Assembly (NCBI GenBank): GCA_963849325.1
Contig: CAWKHF010000010.1
Coordinates: forward strand, 480,001 to 544,000
Direction: 5' to 3'
Length of the DNA stretch: 64,000 nucleotides
Source of the DNA: an uncultured Planctomycetota bacterium
GTDB lineage: Bacteria; Planctomycetota; Planctomycetia; Gemmatales; Gemmataceae
The notes under the pieces were generated by a model. That model made no database searches, was not told where the DNA came from, and saw nothing but the letters and a program-made list of their open reading frames with translations. The translations under genes were made by a program, and so were the position numbers. Positions 10,369 through 22,084 of this stretch are shown in pieces; the stretch's first letter is position 1, and each line of letters opens with the position of its first letter.

Positions 10369-11754
10369 TCAGGCGGCACGCGGAAGAAGGAGGGCGGAGA
10401 CGGGTCCGTTCGCGGGGCGACGCAGCAGGACGACGAGGGCGGCCAGCAGGTCGAGATATGCCAGCACGAACGCCCCATACACCTGGGCTTGCTTGGCGAA
10501 GAGCTGGTACAAATGCCGCGGATCGACGGCGCCGTCCGGAACGGCGGTGCTCGTGGTGGCGATGAGCAGCATCGACACCGCCAGAGAGCCGATCAGGTAG
10601 GCGCGCAGCCCTTTGCCCGGCGCGCACGTCGCCAGGTGATAGCAGATCACCGCGAAGGGCAGCAGCAGCGTTACGCAGTGGTGCTTCCACGTCCGTTCGC
10701 TGAACAGCAACATGCCCAGCAGGACGATGCTGAACTCGGCGCTCAGCCGCCAACCGTCGCGCGACGTCGTCGGCGTCCGGCACGACCAGACGACCAGCAA
10801 GGCGAACAGACCCATGCAACCCTTGACCAGCCACCGCGCCGCGCCGGGGCTGAGGTCGAGCAGGTTGTCGTAGTGCGTCGGCGTGTATTGATTGTGGACG
10901 TAGGTGGAGAACGAGGGACTGTGCGTGGCCAGCCGCGCCACCAGGCCGGGCAGCGACTGATTGTGATGCTCGCTGGTGACCTTCCCTTCGATGACGAACG
11001 GATACACCATGTCGTAATACCAGCTGACCAGGTGCTTCTCATTGCGTTCCCCACCCATGAGGAGAGCGGGGACGACGCCCGGCCACAGGAAGAGGACGAG
11101 TCCGGCCGCACAGCTGCCGAGCGCTTTCCAGGAGCGCTTCCACACGAGATAGGGCACGAACAGGGCCGGCGTCACCTTGCAGGCGATGGCCAGGCCGAGG
11201 ACGATTCCCGCCAGGACGTTGCGCTTACGGTGATACGCGCTCAGGGCGGCAACCACCAGAAAGAGGATGAACAGGTTGACGTTGCCGTGTTGCAGGTCGC
11301 TCATGATCGGCCGCAGTGCCAGCAGGACCGTGACGCCCTTGGCCCACAGGGGAAAGGGATGGCCGCGCTGGGCAACAAACTGGAAGACCCAACGGAAGGC
11401 CAGCAGAGTCAGTCCGGCCTTGATGTAGAACCAGCACAGGGCGGCCAACGTCGAGGCCGCGTGTTCGGATAGTCCTAGCCGCTGGGCCGTCTCGGGCAGT
11501 CGAGCCAGGGGATAGAGCAAGAGGGCCATGATGGGCGGGTTGGGATAGTTGTAGCGCTGGGCGATGTCCACGCCGTTGCCCAGGTCGCTGATCTGCGGCT
11601 GCCAACGCTGAAAAGCGGAACCGCCCCGCCACGCCTTCAGGCCGTAAGGGATGCCCAGGAGCACGAAGAAGAGCACGAGGACGAGCACGAAGCCGCGCTG
11701 TCCGGCCTGCGACGCAGGCGACGAGAGGGGGAACGTTTTCATGCGACTGCGCAT
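10369..11754 (-). CDS. GT-C glycosyltransferase (GT87/DUF2029-like)
   Basis: 'YNYPNPPIMALLL', 'DLQHGNVN', 'AIACKVTPALF', 'HHNQSL', 'SERTWKHH'; polytopic membrane protein. Confidence 0.8.
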   Translation of the reverse strand: MRSRMKTFPLSSPASQAGQRGFVLVLVLFFVLLGIPYGLKAWRGGSAFQRWQPQISDLGNGVDIAQRYNYPNPPIMALLLYPLARLPETAQRLGLSEHAASTLAALCWFYIKAGLTLLAFRWVFQFVAQRGHPFPLWAKGVTVLLALRPIMSDLQHGNVNLFILFLVVAALSAYHRKRNVLAGIVLGLAIACKVTPALFVPYLVWKRSWKALGSCAAGLVLFLWPGVVPALLMGGERNEKHLVSWYYDMVYPFVIEGKVTSEHHNQSLPGLVARLATHSPSFSTYVHNQYTPTHYDNLLDLSPGAARWLVKGCMGLFALLVVWSCRTPTTSRDGWRLSAEFSIVLLGMLLFSERTWKHHCVTLLLPFAVICYHLATCAPGKGLRAYLIGSLAVSMLLIATTSTAVPDGAVDPRHLYQLFAKQAQVYGAFVLAYLDLLAALVVLLRRPANGPVSALLLPRAA

Positions 11755-11867
11755 CCTTGCACGGCGAGCGGAAGATCCCCCGGACGACGCGCCGGGAGGG
11801 TCGGCGCCCACTGTAACCGGGTCCAGTCCTCCGCGGCAAGGCGAGTCCAAAGACACGATTTCCCTAT

Positions 11868-11908
11868 TAGCCCGGAGCGCCAGCGACGGGTTCGCATAAC
11901 CCGTCGCT
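11868..11908. repeat. REP-like palindrome, family A copy 2 (right arm truncated)
   Basis: TAGCCCGGAGCGCCAGCGACGGGTT-cgcat-AACCCGTCGCT. Confidence 0.75.
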
Positions 11909-11909
11909 C

Positions 11910-14900
11910 TTATTCGTCCGGCACTTCGCCAACGGAGACGTAACGGGGAGGCAAGGTCTCGGGATGGCGCGGCGGCGTGCGCAGCTCGACGAGGCGGCGT
12001 TTGGCGGCGGGGGCCGCGTCCGAGAGCACTTGTCCCACGCGCACGCGCAGCGCCCATACGTCTTGCGGCTTGAGCCGGGCGAAGTGGATCACACCGGCGT
12101 CCTCGCCGACGAAGCCGGTGCCCTTGCGCACCGCCGCCAGCCGCAGCGCCTCGCGCACGCGCTGGCCCAGCGCCCAGCGCGGTTCGCCCCGCACCTGCCC
12201 CAGCAGCGTCAGGTACTCCACGTCCTGCTGTCCACGGCGGTACGCCTTCAGACGGATGGAGGGGATCGGCTCGCGCTTCGCGGCGTTGCGGCCGGGATAT
12301 AATAGGGACAGCGGATCGGCCTGCCGCCACGAATTGGCGTTGCCCACCGTCTGCCAGGGTAGAACGCCGTTACTTCCCAGGGTCCACGAATCGAGCGACC
12401 AGCCGACCGGCTGCATGTTGGCGTCCTCGATGGCGTTGCTGCCGGCGTACTCGACCACCAAATCGCCGTTGGACTCCTTGCGATCGAACACGAGCCGGTG
12501 ATACCGCCGCATGGCGCCGCCGATCACGTTGAAGTCGAGCAGGCCGTCGAACGTGTCGCGCTGCCACTCGGGCCGAGAGATGTCGCAGCGAAACACCAGC
12601 TTGGCCCGTCCGGCGCCTGGTTGCGCCCCTCGTGGAAGGCCGTGCCGAAGTAGCGCAGCGCCCAGTAATCCTGGAAACTGGCCGGCTCGTCGAGCAACCA
12701 CGGCGACGAGCCGCGCGACCAGCCCTTGCGTTTGAAATCGACCTTGTTGTTCAGGAACACGTGAAAGAGCGTATCGTGCCACTTCTTCGCCTCGAAGTGC
12801 TCGGCCGTCTGCCGCGATACTTCCACGAAGTTCCGGCGATAGCTGGCCGGGAAGGCGCGGTCGGCCCAGTAGGAGCCGTTGTAGTTGCCGGCCATCGGCG
12901 TGGGCCAATTTTCGTGCATCGGCAGATAGAAGCACTCCAGGGGCACACTGCGGCGCGGCAGATCGGCGAAGGCCGAGCCGTCGAAGTACGACCCGAAACG
13001 ACGGTCCCACGCCGACCAGTCGAGCCGCTGTCCGTCCCAGCCGGGGGCGCAGCCGTCGCTGATCGTGCCGTTCTGCGAATAGGGTACGCGGTTGAGGACA
13101 GTGCGGTGCCGGTGGGCGAGGCGGTAGTAGGTCCGTTCGTTGGCGGGCAGACCGTAGCAATTCATTTCCGGCAAGAAGCTCAGGTAGTCCGGTAACGTGA
13201 AGTCCCAGACGCGGAGCGAGACGTCGAGGGCGAGCGTCTGCCCATCGGCTTCGAGCGCGAGTCGTCCCTTGTAGTCGCCGGGTTTGATGTCGTGCGGCAC
13301 GTACACCTCGGCGTGGAGACTGCCACTCTTTTGCCCTTCGATGTTTTCCCCGTCGGCGGGCACGCTCACGGGGCCGGACAGCGGCACGATGGGATCGGGC
13401 AGCGGTCCCTTTTTCGACCGGACATGATGGTAATTCCCCCAGGCCACTTGAATTTTCGCGGCGTCTTCGCCCTGGAACGTCAGCGTCGGACGCACACCCT
13501 TGATGCGGCCGCGCAGCAGCACCTGGAAGGCGACGAACTCATTGCGGGCCGCGTGGAGGCGAACTTTTTTGTCCTTGGCGCTCCACAGGTGATTGGCGGC
13601 GAGATAACCGTCCGACTGCGGCGGGATCATGGCGCCGGTCACGGGATGGACCTTGTCGAGTTCATCGAGGACGGCGACCTCCGTCTCACCCAGGTGCGGC
13701 AGGGCCGCTGGCTCCGCGAACGGTTGCGGTGTTCGGCCCGGTAGCGGCGCGGCGATCCGGCTCGATACGCGGACCTTGGCCGTCGCCGCCGGGCCGACGT
13801 TGCCGGCGCCGTCCACGGCGCGGACGGCGAACGCCACCTCGGCCCCCGGTGGCAGGGCCAGATCGCGCAGGTGCATTCGCACTCGCTCGCTGGGTTTGCC
13901 GGCCAGCGGAATGAGGTAGCGCGGAACGTCCTTGCCGGCCACGCGGACGAAGAAACCCGTCGTCCCGGCCGGCCCCTCATCGGCCGGCGTCGTCCAGGAT
14001 ACCCACGCTTCGCCGGCCGGTAGATCCTTGACCTCCGAGCGCAGCTCGCCCGGCGTCGCCGGCGGCTGTTTGTCCTCCGCTCCCAGAAACACCGTCAGAT
14101 ACGGAGCGGTCGCCGCTCCCGACTCGCGGCTGTGGATGAAGCGATTGGGGAAGAGGCGAAACTGAAATTGTTCTCCCTGCCGCTTCCACTCCGAGCCGGT
14201 GTCATCGAAGAGAAGGAAGCCATAGCTGATGCCCGCCGTGCGCGCGGCGACGACGGCGGGGTCCACGGCCACGCGCTGCCAACCGCGCTCGTCCGGCGGA
14301 AAGGCGTCGGCCATCCGCCACAGGGTTCCTCCTTCGCCGAGCATGACACTGCACAGGTCGCTGCCCGGCACGGTCCACGGCACATCGGGATGGCGGCGGT
14401 GCCGGTGCGTCGAACTGCCCTTCTGCGGCGCGTAGCGCGGCGAGGTGCCCTCGACCCAATCGCTGCCGAAACTGCCGACGGTGACGCGACGGAGCGGCTG
14501 ATCGCCGGCCAGGTGGACGTGCAGCGTCGCCCCCTGGACGACCCGGCCGCGCAGCGGTTTGGGATCGATGTCGATCAGGCTCATTTCCTGAATCGCCTTC
14601 AGTTTGAGCTGAGCAGCGCCGCCGAGGTTGCAGTCGGCCTCCTGGCCAACGTTGGAGAACCAGGTATCGCGCGTCACCGCCAGGCGCACCGCCGCGCCCA
14701 TCGGCTTACGCACATCGGGCTTCTTCGCCTTCTCGGGAACGGGCGCCGGTAAGCCATCGAGCACGGTTCGTTTGACTTCGGCGATCTTTTTTACCGATAG
14801 CCAACCGCGCAGTAGGTAGCCGCTGTTGCGCAGATCCTCCTCCGTCGGCGCCGACGTGGGCGCGACGCCGTTGACGCCGGCCGTGGGATGGACGTCGTTC

Positions 14901-15607
14901 TTGCCCAGCAGGGTTCCGTTCCAGTCGTCCGGCCGGCGCTTGAGGATTTCCTGTTCGTAGTCGATCAGCGGAATTTGTCGTTCCCTGGCCAGGCGGCGCA
15001 GCGCCTCGTTATAGGATTTCGCCTTCTCCATCTGGCCGGGGTGCGGCGGGATCGTGGACACGATGGGGATGATGCCGCGCTCCAGCATCAAATCGACCGC
15101 CCTGGTCATGTCGGCCTGGTAGGACTCGACGCTGCGCCGGGCCGAGGCGTCGTTGGTGCCGAGCATGAGGACGACCATTTGCGGCTTGTAGGTGTCGAGC
15201 AGCTTGGCGAGCGGCGGCATGTGCTGTTTACCTCCCTCCAGCATCTCATTGATGCGAATGCCGCCGCAAGCCGTGTACGAACGGCCACCGTCAGGATGGT
15301 CGAAACGCGCCAGCCACCAACCGTCCGTATCGTTATCGGCTCCCATGTGCGTCCATTGGAGGATGGCCTTGTCCTCCGCCGTCTTGCCCGCGCCGGCGCG
15401 CGGCCACTGACCATAGGGGTTCGCATACGTGATCGAGTCGCCGACATGAAGAACGACGCCGGGCCGGCCGTGGAACTTGCCGGCCGCTTTCTTCATGGCC
15501 GCGGCGTAGTCCCACGGCTGGGGCAGGGGCTTTTCCTCGCCGCGCACGGACGGAAGGAAAAGAGAGATTGCCAAGAGAAGCAGCATGGTGGTGGAATGGT
15601 TTTTCAT
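11910..15607 (-). CDS. Large secreted protein: SGNH/GDSL hydrolase + beta-sandwich domains + GH123/DUF4091-like C-terminus; frameshift near 12615
   Basis: Signal peptide; GDSIT, GTND and DVHP motifs; 'LHAARNEFVAFQV', 'VWDFTLP', 'PSIRLKAYRRGQQDVEYL'. Confidence 0.7.
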
Positions 15608-15752
15608 GGTGATTGCGGAGAGAAATAGTGGATTAGCAACGCACTGGAGAAGCGTTGCGCCTGGCACGCTTCCTCCAAGCGTCTCGAATGAACGGTCATC
15701 TGTCAATGAGAAAGAGGCGGCCCGACGCACGGTGGGGTGGGAGGTTGGGAAA

Positions 15753-15951
15753 GTTGATGCTTGCGTGTCTGCGGGCTGGGATCGTAGAATCGTACCGAGG
15801 TGAAGGCGGCGAAGAATCGAAAGTCCAAAAGGCGGGATGAAGGCGTTGGTGGCCTCGCCCGCGGTTCAGTCCAATAGCGGCCTATCCGCCGTGCCTTTTC
15901 AGGACGCGGACACGGTTTTCAGCCGGACGGCACGGCGGATAGACCGCTCTT
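15753..15951 (+). repeat. ~200-bp direct repeat copy 1 (promoter-like segment + REP-like hairpin)
   Basis: Closely matches 16347-16543; contains AGCGGCCTATCCGCCGTGCC...GGCACGGCGGATAGACCGCT. Confidence 0.9.
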
Positions 15952-16042
15952 CATTTGGCCTCAACGAATCGTACCTCCAAGGGCATTCTGTTATACTGAA
16001 GTGTCCAACTCGGCGCTGAGATGTCCGCCTGCGGAGGTCGAA

Positions 16043-16323
16043 TTCGTCATCACGCCTATGAGTTGCGAGGCAAGGCGAAAAAGGCCTACCGAAGCCGTCA
16101 ACGGAGAAGGTCATGAAGAAGAAGCAGAAGTTCCCCGCCGGCTGGGATGAGAAAGCGCATTCGTGAGGTTCTCGCCCACTACGAAAACCAGAGCGAGGAC
16201 GAACAATTCGCGGAGATCGAGGCGGCGCGGGAGGCCGAAGGTATCACTCTGATGGCGGTTCCCACCGAGTTGGTTCCGAAGGTGCGGGCCTTGCTCGGCG
16301 CGGTCAAAGTGCTTGAGCCGTGA
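16043..16323 (+). pseudogene. Toxin-antitoxin-like remnant: toxin C-terminal tail plus ~69-aa putative antitoxin (16113-16323, 1-bp frameshift)
   Basis: Reconstructed 'FVITAYELRGKAKKAYRSRQRRRS*' overlapping (ATGA) 'MKKKQKFPAGWDEKRIREVLAHYENQSEDEQFAEIEAA...VPTELVPKVRALL'; family recognised from memory only. Confidence 0.55.
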
Positions 16324-16346
16324 AGCGGAATAACGGGAATGGACCC

Positions 16347-16543
16347 GTTGATGCTTGCGTGTTTGCAGCTGGGATCATAGAATCGTACCGAGGTGAAGGC
16401 AGCGGAGAATCGAAAGTCCAAAAGGTGGGATGAAGGCGTTGGTGGCCTCGCCCGCGGTTTAGTCCAACAGCGGTCTATCCACCGTGCCCCGTCATGGCGG
16501 GGACACGGTCTTCGGCCGGACGGCACGGCGGATAGACCACTCT
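16347..16543 (+). repeat. ~200-bp direct repeat copy 2
   Basis: Matches 15753-15951; TTGCGT-17nt-TAGAAT promoter-like motif; hairpin starts with GTAG on the minus strand. Confidence 0.9.
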
Positions 16544-16574
16544 ACATTCGGCACCTTCATGGGAGCATTAGCAA

Positions 16575-16781
16575 ATGATCCCTTTACTCGCTACAATTGT
16601 CTCAATTTATTGTGTTTTGCGCTTGATCGAGATGGGTTACGAATCATCTAAGAAGTATCAAGTGCCCGCCTTTCGACTCTATAACATTTATTACCTCGGA
16701 GCAATTGTTATCGTTATCTTGTGTTTGGTCATCTTGAGTAAAGCTGACGAGGCATCGCGAGCCCTCAGCCATCTTAAATGA
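16575..16781 (+). CDS. Small two-TM membrane protein (AT-rich)
   Basis: 68 aa, two hydrophobic segments, RBS GGGAG. Confidence 0.55.
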   Translation: MIPLLATIVSIYCVLRLIEMGYESSKKYQVPAFRLYNIYYLGAIVIVILCLVILSKADEASRALSHLK

Positions 16782-16882
16782 CGTTGTGCCGTGGAAACAA
16801 GAGAAGATCTGACTTCTCATATTGATGCCAAAAATGCGTTAACGGTTCCTAATACATAATTGCTGTTTCCAAGGAGAATGCC

Positions 16883-17221
16883 ATGCGGGCTTATGCCGTG
16901 CGAAGGTTTCAGAGTCGGGAAACTCTGGATTGGGTTGAGTCGCTGGGAAGCAGACCTGATTTATTCGTTCCATTACCCTTTGTGCCGCGAGAAGACTTTC
17001 GGGGACTGATAATACTGCTTAGGAATTTTGCCTTCATTTGGGATCGTGCAAGAATAGCATCGGGAAATGGTGAGATTGTGAACTGTGGCAGTCTGGAAGA
17101 TCAGCCTATCAGAGCGTTGACTAATATTTTTCCAAAGGGCACCCCCAAGAGGCGAAGGACTATACGCCGCGGCCCCCGCCGAATTGCTTATTGCGACCGT
17201 TGGGAAGACTGGGCCGAATAA
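16883..17221 (+). CDS. Hypothetical protein (AT-rich)
   Basis: ORF with AAGGAG RBS; no recognised motif. Confidence 0.35.
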   Translation: MRAYAVRRFQSRETLDWVESLGSRPDLFVPLPFVPREDFRGLIILLRNFAFIWDRARIASGNGEIVNCGSLEDQPIRALTNIFPKGTPKRRRTIRRGPRRIAYCDRWEDWAE

Positions 17222-17384
17222 GCGGTAGCCTGGGTGGAAGGCGAGGGCGCAGTGTAGAAACGGCAGTGGGGCGCTTGCCCGCATGGTAACGTCCGGCCGC
17301 GGCCGTCGCCTCGATGCAGCGGACAGGTGCCTCGCCGTTGGGGAACGCTTCCCCGCACCAGCGAGACGGCCGGCAACTCGATGG

Positions 17385-18963
17385 TCAATGCCGAAAGTGA
17401 CGGATGCCGGTGAAGACCATCGCCAGGCCGTGCTCATCGCAGGCCGCGATCGAATCGGCGTCGCGCACCGAGCCGCCCGGTTGGATGATTGCCGTGACGC
17501 CGGCACGGGCGGCCTCATCGACGTTGTCGCGGAACGGGAAGAAGGCATCGGAGGCGAGTACGGACCCTCGGCTCCGCTCGCTCGCCTTGCGAACGGCCAT
17601 ATGCACCGAGTCCACCCGGCTCATTTGTCCGGCGCCGACGCCCACCACCATGCCGCCTTTGCCCAGCACGATGGCGTTGCTCTTGACGTGCTTGCACACC
17701 AGCCAGGCGAAACGCAAATCGTGTATTTCCGCCTCGGTCGGTGCGCGTTTGCTCACGACTTTGAGCTGGGCGAAGTCATCGCTGCCAGCATCGCGGTCCT
17801 GGACGAGCAGGCCGCCCTCGATGCGGCGATAATCGAGTCCCGCCGCGCCTTGTCGAGTGCCGAGGGAACCCGTGCGCAACAGACGGACGCTCTTTTTCCA
17901 GGTCGGCCGGGTGGTCAACACCTGAAACGCCGCATCCGTGAAACCAGGAGCGATGATGCACTCGACGAAGCGGTTCGGCTCGCTGATTTGCACAGCCGTC
18001 GCCTCCTCGACTTCGCGGTTGAAGCCGAGGATGCCGCCGAAGGCGCTGAGCGGATCGCCTTCATACGCTTTGCGGAACGCCTCCACCAGCGTCTCGGCGA
18101 CGGCGGCACCGCAGGGGTTGTTGTGCTTGACGACCACGGCGGCCGGTTCGTGGAACTCGCGGACGAGATTCAACGCACTATCGAGATCGAGAAGATTATT
18201 GAAGGAAAGCTCCTTGCCGTGCAGCACTTCGGCGTTGGCAATGCAGCCTGGCGGCGCTGCCGGCTCGACGTAAAAGGCGGCTTGCTGGTGTGGGTTCTCG
18301 CCGTAACGCAGCATCTGCTTGCGGAGAAAGCGCGCCTCGAAGACGGCGGGCAACGGTTCGCTGCCGGCGCGGTTGGCGAAGTAGACGCGGATGGCCTCGT
18401 CGTAAGCGGCCGTGCGCGCGAAGGCGGCGGCGGCCAACCGCTCGCGCATCTCCAGCGTCAGGGCGCCGTTGTGTCGTCGCATTTCCTCCAGCACAACAGC
18501 GTACTGTGTCGGAGAGATGACGACGCCGACGTCTCGATAGTTCTTCGCCGCCGAGCGCAGCATCGAGGGGCCGCCGATGTCGATGTTTTCGATGATCTCC
18601 TCATGCGTCGCGCCGGGGCGGTGCGACGGTGATCTCGAAGGGATAGAGGTTGCAGACGACAAGATCGATGGCTTCGATGCCGTGCGTTCGCAGGGCGGCG
18701 ACGTGTTCAGGATTGTCGCGGACGGCGAGAATGCCGCCGTGGATGCGCGGATGCAGCGTCTTGACCCGGCCATCGAGCATCTCGGCCAAGCCCGTCACCT
18801 CGGCGATGTCGCTCACCGCCAGGCCGGCGTCGGCCAGCGCCTGGCGTGTGCCGCCGGTGGAGATCAACTCGACGTGGAAGGCGGACAGGCCGCGAGCTAG
18901 GTCGAGCAGGCCGTTCTTGTCGCTGACGCTGAGAAGGGCGCGGCGGATGGTGCGGAGGCTCAT
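17385..18963 (-). CDS. purH: Bifunctional AICAR transformylase/IMP cyclohydrolase; frameshift near 18621
   Basis: '[10 protein letters not shown]', 'GRVKTLHP', '[11 protein letters not shown]', 'LRYGENPHQ', 'KHVKSNAIV', 'ASDAFFPF', ends 'GIRHFRH'. Confidence 0.97.
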
Positions 18964-18986
18964 GCGTTCTCCCGTAACGTCCCGTG

Positions 18987-19946
18987 TCACTGGCTGGCTT
19001 TCGGCTTCGCCTTCAGGTACTGATCGAACCAGTCGGCGAGCGTTTCCGTATCGCGGAGGATGGTGATCCAGAAGTGATCGCAGCCTTTCTTGACGATCAA
19101 CTTGGCGGGCACGCCGACCTCGTGGAAGCGGGCGATGATGCTTTCGGACTGCTGCAACGGCACCAGATGGTCCTTGTCGCCGTGGATGATGAGGGTCGGC
19201 GCATCGTCGGCGCTGACGTGCGTGATCGGCGAGACGCGGCGGAGGATGTCGCGAACCTTCTTCTCATCGGTGACGCGCACGTAGATGAGCTGTCCCCGAT
19301 CCAGCTCCTGAAAATCGTAGGCGGCCCGGAAGCGTCGCTCCACGTGCGGCGGATCGAGAACGGCGCCGGGCTTTCCCCAGTTGAGAAAGTCGGTCGGCGG
19401 AAAGAAGCAGGCGACGGCCTGGACGCGGCTGGAGACACGCTCGACCGGATCGCGGTCCTTGGGGTCGCCGGGCTGGCCGGCCGTGCCCATCATCAGCGCC
19501 AGGTGTCCTCCCGCCGAGCCGCCGCTGATGCCGAGGTGGTCGGGGTCAATGTGGTAGTCGCGGGCATGGCAGCGGACGAAGCGGACAGCGCGGTGGATGT
19601 CCTCGAGAATATCCGGGATGGCGAACTTCGGCTGCGTGCCGTGGACGACGGCGAAGACGGTGTAGCCATGCTTCAAGAAAGCGTGATACATCTCGGGACG
19701 GATGGCGCCGGGGCTGGAGCGCCAGCCGCCGCTGACGATACAGACAATACCCAGTCCGTTGGCGTTTTCCTTCGGGGCGAACACGTCCATCGTCAGAGCG
19801 AGTCCGGCCTTACGGCCGTAGATCACGTCGCGCGTCCGCGTAAAGGCGGGGACGCTGTCCGTGGCGTCGTCGTCGGCACGGACGCCACCGACGGCGAGAA
19901 GGATGAGGAGAAAGCTCAACAGTTGCGATGACAGCACTCGATACAT
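18987..19946 (-). CDS. Secreted alpha/beta hydrolase (BD-FAE/esterase-like)
   Basis: Signal peptide, SGGW oxyanion motif, GGSAGG nucleophile elbow, '[10 protein letters not shown]'. Confidence 0.88.
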   Translation of the reverse strand: MYRVLSSQLLSFLLILLAVGGVRADDDATDSVPAFTRTRDVIYGRKAGLALTMDVFAPKENANGLGIVCIVSGGWRSSPGAIRPEMYHAFLKHGYTVFAVVHGTQPKFAIPDILEDIHRAVRFVRCHARDYHIDPDHLGISGGSAGGHLALMMGTAGQPGDPKDRDPVERVSSRVQAVACFFPPTDFLNWGKPGAVLDPPHVERRFRAAYDFQELDRGQLIYVRVTDEKKVRDILRRVSPITHVSADDAPTLIIHGDKDHLVPLQQSESIIARFHEVGVPAKLIVKKGCDHFWITILRDTETLADWFDQYLKAKPKASQ

Positions 19947-20140
19947 GGCGACCCTCGAATCGCAGGGGATGTCCAGGCAACGGATGATGTTTCAGCGTAT
20001 CCGCCGTGGGCGGCCGGTGCAATGGTCGAGGCCGAATCAGGGCGGAAAACCAGGATTTTCTCTCCCCGCTCGCAGCCGGAGATGATACCATCCTCGTAGG
20101 TCCATTGCCGCGCACGCTGCTTCAACCGGCCGAGACACCC

Positions 20141-21201
<1,061 letters not shown>

Positions 21202-21250
21202 TACACGCATCCTTTCATGGTATCCCGTTGCTGTAGTTGGCTTGGACCCG

Positions 21251-21643
21251 ATGGACTTTCGCGTACCCGAATACATCCAAACTCGGCTTCGGCAGCGCCC
21301 ACCAAATGGCCTGCCAATCGTTCCGGGGTCAACGCCAGTGGTGGCGTTCGGAGACGTGCGTAAGGCGAAGGTAGCCACACTTGGATGGAATCCAAGCAAG
21401 CTTGCGTTTCTTGACCGCCGCGGGAGCGAGTTGACAGGCTCACAACAGCGATTGGAAACATTATTGTCACTCGGAGAAAGCGACCTCTCGTCTGCGTCCT
21501 CCAATGCTATCTACCGTGTCTTTGATACCTGCAACAATTACTTCCAGCGACGCCCTTACCGAAAATAGTTCGACGTTCTGGAAAAGGTTCTACTTCCGTT
21601 GGGGACGTCCTACTATGCTGGCACGGCTTGCCATCTGGATTTA
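21251..21643 (+). pseudogene. Truncated UDG-superfamily-like hypothetical protein; internal TAG at 21566 and cut by an IS5 end
   Basis: 'STPVVAFGDVRKAKVATLGWNPS...YFQRRPYRK*FDVLEKVL...SYYAGTACHLDL' then IS inverted repeat; TAG plausibly from TGG. Confidence 0.55.
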
Positions 21644-21831
21644 GAGCCTATCCGGTTAACCCCATCCGCTTGTAAATGATGAAGGCGAAAGACATATGCA
21701 GCAGAGCAATATAATTCTCAGCCTTCTTGCCCCAACGGATCAGGATGCCGCGGAATCGGTTCATCCAACTGTGCGTCCGCTCCACCACCCAACGTCTCGC
21801 CTTACGGCCGGCCTTCCGCTTCACCTGCTGC
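21644..21831 (-). mobile_element. IS5-family right-end fragment
   Basis: About 9 mismatches in 188 nt versus 55825-56012; IR GAGCCTATCCG flanked by TTA. Confidence 0.92.
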
Positions 21832-22061
21832 TCGACCAACTTTTCGGGATCCTGGATGCGAAGCTCGAACTCGGCTCCGAGCACACTCGCAAGGGCCAAC
21901 ACGCTCTTGAGGCTGGAGGAAGTCCGCTTTTCCTTGAGGATGCGGCACACGGTCGCCCTGGACAATTGGGCCCGCTCGGCCAAGATGGGCAGAGGCATCT
22001 TCAACGCTCGCCGCTGCTTCTCCAGAGCCTCCAGCCATTTTTGCACGTTCGTCACCGGCAT
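21648..22061 (-). CDS. XRE-type HTH protein fused in frame to the IS5 transposase C-terminus (chimera)
   Basis: 'LAERAQLSRATVCRIL' HTH; last ~60 aa match the IS5 transposase tail; RBS GAGGAGG. Confidence 0.75.
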   Translation of the reverse strand: MPVTNVQKWLEALEKQRRALKMPLPILAERAQLSRATVCRILKEKRTSSSLKSVLALASVLGAEFELRIQDPEKLVEQQVKRKAGRKARRWVVERTHSWMNRFRGILIRWGKKAENYIALLHMSFAFIIYKRMGLTG

Positions 22062-22084
22062 AACCCACCTCCTCTCTACTTGAA

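Noticed and set aside
15753-16543. CRISPR array or integron attC cassettes
   Set aside because: Only two ~200-bp units, no short repeat-spacer periodicity, no clear attC core sites, no cas or intI gene
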